The position numbers and the translations under genes were made by a program. Under the pieces are notes generated by a model. That model was not told where the DNA came from and did no database searches. It was given only the letters and a program-made list of their open reading frames with translations. This document shows, one piece after another, positions 39,080-49,060 of a DNA stretch of 64,000 nt (the first letter of the stretch is position 1; each line of letters begins with the position of its first letter). The stretch is from an uncultured Clostridium sp. (lineage in GTDB: Bacteria; Bacillota; Clostridia; TANB77; CAG-508). The stretch covers positions 5,010 to 69,009 of the forward strand of contig CANSII010000003.1 of NCBI GenBank assembly GCA_947646915.1, in the 5' to 3' direction.

Positions 39080-40315
39080 CTAATTTGACATTTGGAACAT
39101 ATCTTTTCCCTCACCACATACTGGGCATACCCAATCTTCTGGAAGTTGGTCAAACTGAGTTCCCTTTGCTATACCTGCTTTTTCATTTCCAAATTTAGGA
39201 TTATATATATATTTACATTGTGTACATTCATATAATTCTTTTCCTGTTTTTTCTGTTCCAAAATTCTTATATCCAGCAGCAACTGCTACTACAACTATTA
39301 ATAAAAATGATAATGCTTTCCAAATTCCGCTATCACATAAAATTACTGCAAATATTCCAAATATTGCACTTATTCCATATAGTATTAATACTGCTTGTTT
39401 TTGGCTAAATCCTTTAGCTACTAATTTATGATGTAGATGTCCTTTATCAGCTTTGAATACTGCTTTTAATGATTTTCCTTTTATTAATCTTCTTATAACA
39501 GCAAATATTGTATCAAATATTGGTAATCCTAATACTATTAGTGGTAATACTATTACTGCTGCTGTATATGTTTTTGCTGATCCTAATATAGATATTACTG
39601 ATAATGAAAATCCTAAAAAGTTTGATCCTGTATCTCCTATAAATGTTTTTGCTGGTGAAAAGTTAAATGGTAAAAATCCTACTAATGAACCTGCTAATGC
39701 AGTAATTAATACTATTGAAATCATTGATGAACCATTTAATACAAATATTATTAATAATGATATTGATGATATTACTGATATTCCTGATGATAATCCATCT
39801 AAGCCATCTATTAAATTTATTGCATTAGTAACTACTATAATCCATACTATTGTAAGTAATACTGATGTTATTTCATGTATTTCTGGAATATTTATGAAAG
39901 GTAATGTTATCCCTTCAATTCTAATTCCTGATATTGCGACTACAATTGCACCTAATACTTGTCCTGTCAATTTTGTTATTGGTTTTATTGTTTTTATATC
40001 ATCAACTGCACAAAATGCTGATATAATAAATATTCCTAATAAAAATCCTAATAGTTTTTTCCAATATTGAAATGTTCCATATAAATCTATGGTATTTTCC
40101 ATACTCATTACAATTAATAAATAAATTGTTGATACTAAAAAACCTAGTATTACAGCTGGTCCTCCAAATTTAGGCATTGTTTTATTGTGAGCTCTTCTTC
40201 TTTCACTTTCATCACTCACTGCTCCCACTTTTTTGGCTATTTTTATTGTATAAGGTGTAGTTACAAATGTTACTACAAATGCTAAGATAAACGCTATTGC
40301 AATATTCCCCCACAT
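39080..40315 (-). CDS. WecA/TagO-type undecaprenyl-phosphate GlcNAc-1-P transferase fused to a C-terminal rubredoxin domain
   Basis: MraY/WecA motifs (NAINLIDGLDGL, FIGDTGSNFLG), then YECTQCKYIYNPKFGNEKAGIAKGTQFDQLPEDWVCPVCGEGKDMF in the same ORF. Confidence 0.8.
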   Translation of the reverse strand: MWGNIAIAFILAFVVTFVTTPYTIKIAKKVGAVSDESERRRAHNKTMPKFGGPAVILGFLVSTIYLLIVMSMENTIDLYGTFQYWKKLLGFLLGIFIISAFCAVDDIKTIKPITKLTGQVLGAIVVAISGIRIEGITLPFINIPEIHEITSVLLTIVWIIVVTNAINLIDGLDGLSSGISVISSISLLIIFVLNGSSMISIVLITALAGSLVGFLPFNFSPAKTFIGDTGSNFLGFSLSVISILGSAKTYTAAVIVLPLIVLGLPIFDTIFAVIRRLIKGKSLKAVFKADKGHLHHKLVAKGFSQKQAVLILYGISAIFGIFAVILCDSGIWKALSFLLIVVVAVAAGYKNFGTEKTGKELYECTQCKYIYNPKFGNEKAGIAKGTQFDQLPEDWVCPVCGEGKDMFQMSN

Positions 40316-40336
40316 AGTTTTCGTCCCTTCAATATT

Positions 40337-40783
40337 TTATTTTATATTATTTTTTTCAATTTCTTCTATCATTTTTATTCTTTCTGCATACCTTCCACCT
40401 TTAAATTCTGTACCTAACCAATTTCTTATTATACATATTGCCTCATTTGTTGTTATATAGTCTCCTCCTAATGTTATTACATTGATGTCATCATCTGCTT
40501 TTGCAAATTTTGCTGCTTCTTCATTAAATATTGTGGCTGCTCTTATTCCTTTAAATTTATTTGCTACTACTGTCATTCCATATCCTGATCTACATAATAA
40601 TATTCCTAAGTCACATTCTTTATTTTGTATTGATTCTGCTACTTTTTTTGCATATATTGGATAATCTGTTCTTTCTTCATTTTCTGTTCCACAGTCTTTG
40701 TATTTTATTTCCTTTTCATCTAAGTATTTCTTTATTTCTTCTTTTAATTTGTATCCTCCATGATCTGCTCCTATTGCAATCAT
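40337..40783 (-). CDS. rpiB: ribose-5-phosphate isomerase B
   Basis: MIAIGADHGGYKLKEE..., 148 aa. Confidence 0.92.
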   Translation of the reverse strand: MIAIGADHGGYKLKEEIKKYLDEKEIKYKDCGTENEERTDYPIYAKKVAESIQNKECDLGILLCRSGYGMTVVANKFKGIRAATIFNEEAAKFAKADDDINVITLGGDYITTNEAICIIRNWLGTEFKGGRYAERIKMIEEIEKNNIK

Positions 40784-40878
40784 TTGTATCCCTCCTTATT
40801 TTTTATATACTATATCATATATAGTCTAAAAAGTCCACCAAATAAGTGAAACTTTTGCTATATCTTGTTAATTAATCC

Positions 40879-40963
40879 TTTATAATGTGCTTCTAAAATA
40901 TAAATTCTCAGTATCTTAAACACCTTGGAGAACGCAGTTTTTGAAAATTTATATTATTATGGC
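40879..40963 (+). repeat. R140 element, right half only
   Basis: TTTATAATGTG...CTCAGTATCTTAAACACCTTGGAGAACGCAGTTTTTGAAAATTTATATTATTATGGC. Confidence 0.6.
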
Positions 40964-41066
40964 TAATTTATTTTCACTTTGTATTGCAAAATTCTAAATT
41001 TCATATTGGTGCCTAGAAAACAAAAAAACTGCCTTAAAGGAAATAATCCTTTAGGCAGTTATTAAT

Positions 41067-42077
41067 TTATTTTATTACTTCTTCTGCAAATCTATTATTA
41101 ATTATCTTATCAAATGGAGCTTTTTGTGTTAATTCACCTGCTTCACTAATTACTTCTTGCAATTTCTCAAAACTTTCTTGTTTTAATATTGGATTTTCAT
41201 TCCAAGCATCAATATCTTTATAACTTTGTATAGCTGTCTCAAGTAAATTTATATTAGTATCTGGGAAATAATCTTTAATAACTTCTGCAATTTCTTTTGA
41301 TGTATGCTCTTTTACCCATTTTTGACCTTTATATATTGCGTTTGTAAAATTTTGTATTAATTCTTCATTATTTTGAATATAACTTTTCTTAGCAAAATAT
41401 GCTGTATATGGTATTTCTCCTGCTTCTTTGCCAACAGAAGCTACAACATATCCCTTACCTAAGTTTTGTATATTTGATGCTGTTGGTTCAAATAGTGTTA
41501 CAAAGTCTGCATCTCCTGATGTAAAACTACTAGCCATTAAGTCAAATTTTATACTATCATCTAATATTAAATCTGTTTTTGGAGCTAACCCATTTTGTTT
41601 TAAGACATATTCTAATGTCATATATGGTACTCCACCTTTTCTTCCTGGTATAACTGTTTTTCCCTTTAAATCTTTCCAAGTAAAGTTTTCTATCTTTTCC
41701 TTTGATACTAAAAATGATCCATCTCTTTTTGTTAATTGTGCAAATACTTGCGTGTGATCTTCCTTTCCTTCATTGTACACATATATTGATGCTTCTGGTC
41801 CTGCAAATCCAATTTCACATTCTCCTGATAATACTGATGTCATTACTGCATCTGCCCCTTGACCTGTTGTTAAGTCAATTTCTATGCCATATTCTCTAAA
41901 ATATCCATTACTAATTGAAACATATTGTGGTGCATAGAATACTGAACGTGTTACTTCACTTACTCTTATGTTTTTATCTTGTTTGTCTGTTTTATTGTTA
42001 TTTACAATAAATATTGATATTGTAATAACAACTACTATAAGTATTAAAGAAATACATATCAATCTTTTTTTACGCAT
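41067..42077 (-). CDS. ABC transporter substrate-binding lipoprotein/anchored protein (NMT1/THI5-like, NitT/TauT family)
   Basis: 336 aa, N-terminal TM/signal anchor; family assignment from overall similarity recall. Confidence 0.7.
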   Translation of the reverse strand: MRKKRLICISLILIVVVITISIFIVNNNKTDKQDKNIRVSEVTRSVFYAPQYVSISNGYFREYGIEIDLTTGQGADAVMTSVLSGECEIGFAGPEASIYVYNEGKEDHTQVFAQLTKRDGSFLVSKEKIENFTWKDLKGKTVIPGRKGGVPYMTLEYVLKQNGLAPKTDLILDDSIKFDLMASSFTSGDADFVTLFEPTASNIQNLGKGYVVASVGKEAGEIPYTAYFAKKSYIQNNEELIQNFTNAIYKGQKWVKEHTSKEIAEVIKDYFPDTNINLLETAIQSYKDIDAWNENPILKQESFEKLQEVISEAGELTQKAPFDKIINNRFAEEVIK

Positions 42078-42115
42078 TTCACACCTTCCTTTCCTTTTGT
42101 TATATTTTATGTTAA

Positions 42116-42916
42116 TTATCGTGATGTGTGAGTAATTTTTTCAACTAATAGTACTACTCCATACATTATTCCTGCTAATATTCCTAAGATTATTACACTT
42201 GTCATTACTAAATCTAGTTTAAAAACTTGACCTCCATAAACTATTAAATATCCTAATCCTGCCTTTGATACTAAGAACTCTCCTGAAATCACTCCTACAA
42301 GAGAAAGTCCAATATTAACTTTTAATGAGTTTATAAATGTTCCTATATTTGCTGGTATTACAATTTTAGTTAATAATTGCCATTTTGTACATTTAAATGT
42401 TTTTGCCATTTTTATTATATCTTTGTCTGTTTTTAAAAATCCATTTAATATTTCTAATATTGTTACTATAAGAGAAATTGCAATTGCCATTACAATTATT
42501 GCTGATGTCCCTGAACCTACCCAAATAATAATGATAGGTCCTAATGCAACTTTTGGCAAGCTATTTAATACTACTAAAAAAGGTTCTGAAACCTTTGCTA
42601 AGAATTTAGACCACCACAATACTACAGCTATAATTAATCCCAATATTGTTCCTAGGCCAAATCCTACTATTGTTTCATATGTTGTGACTTTAATGTGCTT
42701 TAATAAATCATTTGATGTTAAATTTATAAATGTTTCTAATATTCTACTTGGTTGACTAGTTATAAATCCATCTATTATTTTTGCATTTGCTAATATTTCC
42801 CATATCGATAAAAAACCTACTAAAATTGATATTTGAGTAATAATTACTAGTATTTTCTTTGTTCTTATTTTTCTTAAATAATTTTTTCTTTCTTTTGATA
42901 TACTATTAATTTTCAT
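42116..42916 (-). CDS. ABC transporter permease (NitT/TauT family)
   Basis: 266 aa, six hydrophobic segments; its ATG overlaps the stop of the ATPase C-terminal fragment. Confidence 0.8.
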   Translation of the reverse strand: MKINSISKERKNYLRKIRTKKILVIITQISILVGFLSIWEILANAKIIDGFITSQPSRILETFINLTSNDLLKHIKVTTYETIVGFGLGTILGLIIAVVLWWSKFLAKVSEPFLVVLNSLPKVALGPIIIIWVGSGTSAIIVMAIAISLIVTILEILNGFLKTDKDIIKMAKTFKCTKWQLLTKIVIPANIGTFINSLKVNIGLSLVGVISGEFLVSKAGLGYLIVYGGQVFKLDLVMTSVIILGILAGIMYGVVLLVEKITHTSR

Positions 42917-43087
42917 CTACGCCCAACTCCTTCCATAATGTATCAAAATATTTACTAAATTTAGGGCTTTGTCTACAATTTATAGGTGTTTTATCTTTTA
43001 TTTCAAAATCTATTTTATGAATATCTTTAATTGTTCCTGGTCTTTTACTTAGTACAAGAACTCTATCTGACATACTAATTGCTTCTG
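42906..43087 (-). pseudogene. ABC transporter ATPase, C-terminal fragment (split by the element)
   Basis: (PE)AISMSDRVLVLSKRPGTIKDIHKIDFEIKDKTPINCRQSPKFSKYFDTLWKELGVDEN*; no start codon of its own; continues the H-loop VTHDISE found at 49161. Confidence 0.85.
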
Positions 43088-43152
43088 GTTGATTCTGAAA
43101 TAGACAATTTTAATTTTTGTTTCTACTAATCTAATATTGAATATTAAATTAG

Positions 43153-44719
43153 TCAATTTTGTGTGTTGTTGAGATTAATATCATTTAATTTCTTAAAATT
43201 AAACATTATATCTACTTGTTTGTCTTGGTGTATTTCTATTTTATTAATGATTATTTTCATTATTTCAGGTGTTGGTTTTTCTAATTTTAAAAATTCTCTA
43301 ACTATTTTTTCTATCTCTTTACTATCATCGTTTGAAGCATCTTCTTTTTTGTTTTTTAACTCATTGTATTCCTTTTCTTTTTGATTTACTTCATTGATTA
43401 GTTTGTTAAATAGCCTTTCATACATTTCTTCACTAACTTTTCCATTTAACTTATCAACATACATTTTGTCTATGTTATCCTTTATAATATTAATTTCCAT
43501 TTGTTTTTGTTTTAGCATTTTTCCATAATCTTGTTTTGTTCTATTATTCTTTATGTTTAATTCTATTTTCTTACTATCGATTGCTAAAAACAAGTTTTTT
43601 ATGTATTGTAGTATTGTTTTTTCTAATGCTTCATAGCTAAATCCATGTGATGTACAAAGTCCTAATTTTGAATTTCTACGATAATTATTACATATCATAA
43701 ACATATAGCCGTTTTTCTTTCCTCTTACTCCTATTTTGTGTTTGCATTCATAACAAAACAATAATCCATCTAATAAAAACTTATGCTTTTTTTCATTTCT
43801 ATTATATTTTTGCACAATTACCATTTTTTGTACTTTGTCAAAAAGCTGCTTTTCAATGATTGGTTCGTGTGTGTTTTCCACAATGTTCCACTGTTCTTGT
43901 GGATTACTTCTTAATTTTCTGTTTTTATAACTTATTCTACTTCTCTTATTTTGTACCGTATTTCCAATATATACCTCATTTTTTAAGATGTTTTTGACTG
44001 TTTTATTTTCCCAAAAAGTTACTTTATTATACCTTATTTGATTCGCTGTAGGTATTTTTTTGTCATTTAGATAATTTTTGATGGCTCCTACTTCTTCTCC
44101 GTAAACTAGCCTTATGAAAAATAGTTCTTACGATTTCCGCTTCTGGCTCACATATCATTAATTTGTTTTTATCGTTTGAGTCTTTTACATATCCTAATGC
44201 TGTTTTTCCTCCTACCCATTTTCCTTGTTTTTGCATAGTATGTAAGGCTGTCCTAATCTTTTTAGATAAATCTTTGGAATACATATCATTTAAGATAGAT
44301 TTAAATGGTGCTATATCATTATTACCATTATTAACTGCAAAAGTATCAATTCCATCTGTTACAGAAATATATCTAACTTCATGCTCTGGAAACCATTTTT
44401 CAATATATTCTCCTGTTTCTATGTAATCACGACCTAAACGTGATAAGTCTTTTGTTATGACCATATTTACTTTTCCGTTTTCGATATCTCTAATCATTCT
44501 TTGGAAATCTGGTCTATTAAAATTTGTACCTGTATATCCTGGATCTATATAAATATCTACTAGTTCATATTCCCATCCTAATTTTTCTACATATTCTGTT
44601 AGTAAAGATTTTTGATTTGTAATACTTTCACTTTCATCAAATCCTTTGTCTACATCTTCTTTTGATAATCTTATATATATTGCCACCTTATAAATTACTG
44701 TTTTTATTGTCTCAAGCAT
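43153..44719 (-). pseudogene. large serine recombinase, one frameshift
   Basis: Resolvase domain VAIYIRLSKED...ESESITNQK...ITKDLSRLGRD (44063-44719). The recombinase/zinc-ribbon part continues in another frame from ~44115 (IRLVYGEEVGAIKNYLNDKKIPT...) into ORF 43153-43881. Shift at the A5 run 44117-44121. Confidence 0.8.
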
Positions 44720-44818
44720 TTCTCCTCCTTCCCATGCTTGATAAAAACAACGATTTGAATTCCTATTAATTATAACTAATTTTCTAGGAAATTCAAATAC
44801 TGAAATAATAAAAATTTA

Positions 44819-44923
44819 TTATCTCTTTTTCTCTAATAGATCAATTAAAAAATGAGATATTAAATTTTCGATTTCTTCACCCTTTTCATCAAAATACACA
44901 TTAATTTTAAATGTTTCGTTCAT
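44819..44923 (-). CDS. 34-aa ORF upstream of the recombinase
   Basis: MNETFKINVYFDEKGEEIENLISHFLIDLLEKKR, RBS AGGAGA 6 nt upstream; function unknown. Confidence 0.3.
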   Translation of the reverse strand: MNETFKINVYFDEKGEEIENLISHFLIDLLEKKR

Positions 44924-45309
44924 ATTTTCTCCTGTTAATTTATTAATATTTATTCAATTTATATGCTAGAAAGACTTTATTATTCACATATAAATTATTG
45001 ATTTAAAGGGCTTGTTTTAAGAAAAACTCTATATTTCTATTTTTAATTCAATTTTTTTATAGCATTTCTTTTTTTATTTTATAATTATCCTCTATTATAT
45101 ATACATCCATATTTTTCGAAAAAACTAACCATAAATTAAAAAAATTTTATTTTTCTAGTAAAAACTGAATAATAAAATTACTGAAAAAATAAAAAATATG
45201 TGTTGCATTCGTGGTACAACACATACGACTTATTTTGAATAACAGCGATTCAATTTTGCATCTAAATAATAATATATAATCTTGTACTTGTCAAATAGAT
45301 TTTAAGCTT

Positions 45310-46143
45310 TTAGTTGTACACATTAAATCCTTTGCTTCCCATATATTCATATACCATATTTTTATAATCAATAATAAACTTTTTCCTCATCTTTTCATCA
45401 ATCTGATCTAAATCTAAATATGGTGCTATATCTTCTATTTCAGTTAATAAAAGCGTATTATCTTCTAGTTTTATAAAATCTATTCTTTGAATTCCATAAT
45501 AATTCCCATTCATTAAAGCGAATTTGTTTGCCATTTCTAGTTCTTTATGAGTATATTCATATTTTATTGCTTCTGGATAAATTGGAACTTTACTTGGTAT
45601 AAATTCCAAGGCATATTCAAACTTATCTTTTATATAATAAAATTGTACTTCTGATTTAAACTTCATAAAAGGTTGAATAATATAGGAATTATCAAATTTC
45701 TGCTTTAGATTATTTCTCTCTACTACTAATTGACCAATTCCATCATAACTATTTTTTAATTTCAACATATATTTATTTGGATTATTTAATAACTTTAAAT
45801 CTTTTAAATTATCAATACTTGGTATAACTGCATACCCTTTCTTAAATAAATCAACTAAATATGTTTTATCTTTACCATCAAATTTACCATCAAAATTTAT
45901 ACGTAGTAAATCTTTTTTTACTATTCTTGTTTTAAATTCATTCTCCTTATTTATGCTTTCTATTGTTGCATTCGATTCCCATGTATTTCTTTGTAAAAAT
46001 ACATCAAATATGTCTTCTAATCTCTCATCATAATTTTTATCAATAATAGCTACATTGTGTCCATCTTTTTGAAAAGTTCTTGCTAACCATATATCTTCTA
46101 ATTTTTCATCACTATCTATATTACTTATCATTAAGATATTCAT
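45310..46143 (-). CDS. ATP-grasp fold protein (carboxylate-amine ligase-like)
   Basis: 277 aa; pre-ATP-grasp N-terminus, YIIQPFMKFKSEVQFYYI and C-terminal GIQRIDFIKLEDNTLLLTEIEDIAP resemble ATP-grasp nucleotide/Mg sites. Confidence 0.55.
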   Translation of the reverse strand: MNILMISNIDSDEKLEDIWLARTFQKDGHNVAIIDKNYDERLEDIFDVFLQRNTWESNATIESINKENEFKTRIVKKDLLRINFDGKFDGKDKTYLVDLFKKGYAVIPSIDNLKDLKLLNNPNKYMLKLKNSYDGIGQLVVERNNLKQKFDNSYIIQPFMKFKSEVQFYYIKDKFEYALEFIPSKVPIYPEAIKYEYTHKELEMANKFALMNGNYYGIQRIDFIKLEDNTLLLTEIEDIAPYLDLDQIDEKMRKKFIIDYKNMVYEYMGSKGFNVYN

Positions 46144-46984
46144 TTTTTAATTTTCCACACCCTATTCTAAATTCTTTGTTTTGAAGTAATTGTTGTTTCA
46201 ACAATTTTTGCAATGTAGTATTTTCTACTAGTGTATTATAATTATCACATTCTTGTATATTAAAAACAAAATTCAATATATCTTTTTTTGCATCTTCGCC
46301 ATCTTTTACCTCGAATAATTTATAGAATTTAGCAATATTAGAATTAGAATCTATCATTTTATTTATTTGATTACTTAATAACCAGGAATCACAATGATAT
46401 TCTGGATTTTCTAATTTTAGGTATCTTTTGATTTCAGTTTTAGAATCTTTAATCGAATTTAATACTTCTCCTATTTCTAATTTATCTCCATAAGGTATAT
46501 GTATTTTTATATAATTTTCACGTCTTTCATATTGCAATCTTCCAACTTCTATTAGCTTTGTATTAATAAAATAGGCAGCCCAAATCATTTGCGAAACTCT
46601 AATATTTTTTAATTTTTTAATATAAATATCATTAGTTAAAGTTTCTGTAACTCTTTTTTTATATAACATCTTTTGTGTATCACTATAATTTTTATTTATC
46701 ATATTATTTTCGTGTAATTTATAGCCTAATAATACTAAAACACTTGTTATAAAAGAATTATATTGTTCTCCAAAAAGTTCTATCATATCTTGCTTTTTCC
46801 AAAGAGTATATATTGAAGATGATTTATTTGTATACAAAATATTATAAACTTCTTCACTTTTAGTATTAAAATCACTTATTGTATTAATATCTTCTATACA
46901 CTTATAACATTTATTTTTATATTTCTCATCATATATCCCATAATAATCTAGTGCTTTATCAATTTCAATATAATCTACTTGCAT
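46121..46984 (-). CDS. acyltransferase-like protein (NAT_N/DUF5596 plus GNAT-like C-terminal domain)
   Basis: 287 aa; VGRLQYE...IHIPYGDKL...CDSWLLSNQ...SNIAKFYKLF resembles the recalled family pattern. Overlaps the ATP-grasp gene by 23 nt. Confidence 0.45.
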   Translation of the reverse strand: MQVDYIEIDKALDYYGIYDEKYKNKCYKCIEDINTISDFNTKSEEVYNILYTNKSSSIYTLWKKQDMIELFGEQYNSFITSVLVLLGYKLHENNMINKNYSDTQKMLYKKRVTETLTNDIYIKKLKNIRVSQMIWAAYFINTKLIEVGRLQYERRENYIKIHIPYGDKLEIGEVLNSIKDSKTEIKRYLKLENPEYHCDSWLLSNQINKMIDSNSNIAKFYKLFEVKDGEDAKKDILNFVFNIQECDNYNTLVENTTLQKLLKQQLLQNKEFRIGCGKLKNEYLNDK

Positions 46985-47454
46985 TTTACATTATTCCCTT
47001 TCTTTCTTAATTTTCTTATTGATTTTATCATAATACAATAAAAAATAAAAGAATAACACCAACATTTTATCTACTTTGTTATCATAAAAAAGCATTATTC
47101 ATTTTATCAAAAAATTGTCCCTTTTGGTAAGATATTCGATAGCATACGCTATCTCCTACTTACCTCCACTCACAAAACTATCAAATTAATATTCTAAACT
47201 CTTTTATTTTCAACGGTTTGCTCATTTTACCACCTATCAAATTTTACTACCTTACATATTATCAAAAATTTGATACTTTTTGGCACAGAAAATTTTGTAT
47301 TTACAAAAATCCAATAATAAGATTACTGGAAAAAACTTGAAATATTTTTGTTTTGTTCGCTTGTTTTGGGCATAAATTTATAGTAATATATTAACAACCT
47401 TACGTTAAAGGAAAGGTTAGCCTTTTCTAAAAGGCGGAAAGGAGGCTACAGAAA

Positions 47455-47580
47455 ATGACCATTGGAGATGCAATTCTTGATTTAGTTGATAAATTGCTAG
47501 TAGAAAGGGAAAAAGTCGTAAGGCTAGAACTTTCATTGCAACATCAGTTAAATAAAGATGAGCAATTAGACAAAGACTAA
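47455..47580 (+). CDS. 41-aa ORF in a GC-richer patch
   Basis: MTIGDAILDLVDKLLVEREKVVRLELSLQHQLNKDEQLDKD; RBS GGAAAGGAGG 8 nt upstream; terminator-like hairpins follow. Confidence 0.3.
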   Translation: MTIGDAILDLVDKLLVEREKVVRLELSLQHQLNKDEQLDKD

Positions 47581-47764
47581 ACTGTAGCAATACATAGTCG
47601 ATAGAGTGGATTTCGCGGTCTGCTCTATTTTTTAGCATAAAAAAAGTATGTGTATTCGCGGGTACACATACGACTACAAGTTTGACCATTGGAATCAAAC
47701 ACATTTATTTTGTAATTAAATAATAACATATTCTTTTGTATTTGTCAAATAAATTTCTAGTATT

Positions 47765-49060
47765 CATTGCATAAACTTTTTGTGGGAAACACCACTATTG
47801 ATATTTTATCCATACATTATTTTTCTTAATATTTTCCTTATATTGCTATGCATTCCTGTTTTATCAATTTCAAATGTATATGTTTTTGTTTCTTCAACGC
47901 CTTCTTTTATATTTCTTGCTATTATTTTATCATATTTTTTTAGTTTTCTATTAATTTTTTTCTTTTTTATTAATTCTTCATATATTTTCCCTCCATTACT
48001 TACAAATACCCTTAATCTGCTCATTTTATCTATTCCATCATCACTCCATGTTCTTGGTCTTGAACTCATTCTATATGCATATACATGGCTTATATGTCCT
48101 TCTGCACTGCATCCTTTTAAATATTTTTCATCTGTTTCATATATTTCTATGCCTTTCCATTGATTCTTTATATATTTATAACTATCTTTTACTTTTTCTT
48201 TTCTTTTTTCATCTTCTGTTTTTTCTATTATTTCTTTAAATATATTTTCTACACTTACTGGATCATATATATTTATGTTATACCATAACTTACTTTTATA
48301 TTGTGGGAAATCTACTGTCGCCTGATTTATATACTTTAATAAATGAAATCTATCTAATACAAACTCTGATTTTTCTATCCAATTTAATCCTTCTTTTATC
48401 CATCCTGCTCCATCTCCACCTATATACACTTTTTCTATTTCTTTCATATCATACTTTTTATCTATATATTCTGCTACTTCTAACCATAAATCTTCACTGT
48501 TCTTTCCTAAACTACCTATATAATGCACATTCTTTAATATATTTCTTTTTCCTTTTTGATAATTTCCTTCATGCACATATATTAATTTTGGCATTCCTAT
48601 TTTATTTCCTCTTTCTGATACATGGTCTTCATCTACTTCTATGTATATTCTTTTGTTCGTTTATTTCTATAATATCTTCTTGTATATTCTATATTTCCAT
48701 AATCGGTTATTAACGTTCTTTTTCTTAAATCTTTTGTTTCATATTCTATTTTTCTTCTTGTGTCTTTAAAAATGCTTGTATCAATACTCTCTAAAATTCC
48801 CACAAGTGTTTTTCTTCCTGCTTCATCAAATACATCTCTTAATTTTCTACTAAACATGCTTATTTCACTATTTTTTAAGCTTTCCTCTAAACTTTTTTCT
48901 AAAAATTCTTTATTTTCTATTATTGTTTGTATTATAATATTAATCATAAAGAAGCACCTCCTTGATATGGCTTTGTTTTCTTAACAAAAACATCATATCA
49001 ATTGGTGCTTCTTTTGTCTAATTTTTTATTTTATTTTTCCCACATATTATTTATGCTAAT
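47765..49060 (-). mobile_element. ISLre2-family insertion sequence, internally deleted
   Basis: Imperfect terminal inverted repeats CATTGCATAAAC..TGTGGGAAA / TTTCCCACA..TTTATGCTAAT, flanked by the 9-bp direct repeat TCTAGTATT (47756-47764 and 49061-49069). Confidence 0.75.
47806..48947 (-). pseudogene. ISLre2/UPF0236-family transposase, frameshifted and shortened
   Basis: N-terminal part ...GILESIDTSIF...TDYGNIEYTRRYY, C-terminal part YIGGDGAGWIKEG...LDRFHLLKY. Frame change at the T4 run 48651-48654. About 100-150 aa appear missing relative to the recalled ~470-aa family size. Confidence 0.7.

Noticed and set aside
47282-47300. Sigma-54-like TGGCAC
   Set aside because: No GC element at the required 10-nt distance; the downstream sequence is AGAAAATTTTG.
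47417-47704. 95-aa minus-strand ORF in the GC-richer patch of the element
   Set aside because: No RBS. It spans two terminator hairpins and overlaps a better-supported plus-strand mini-ORF. The composition looks non-coding.
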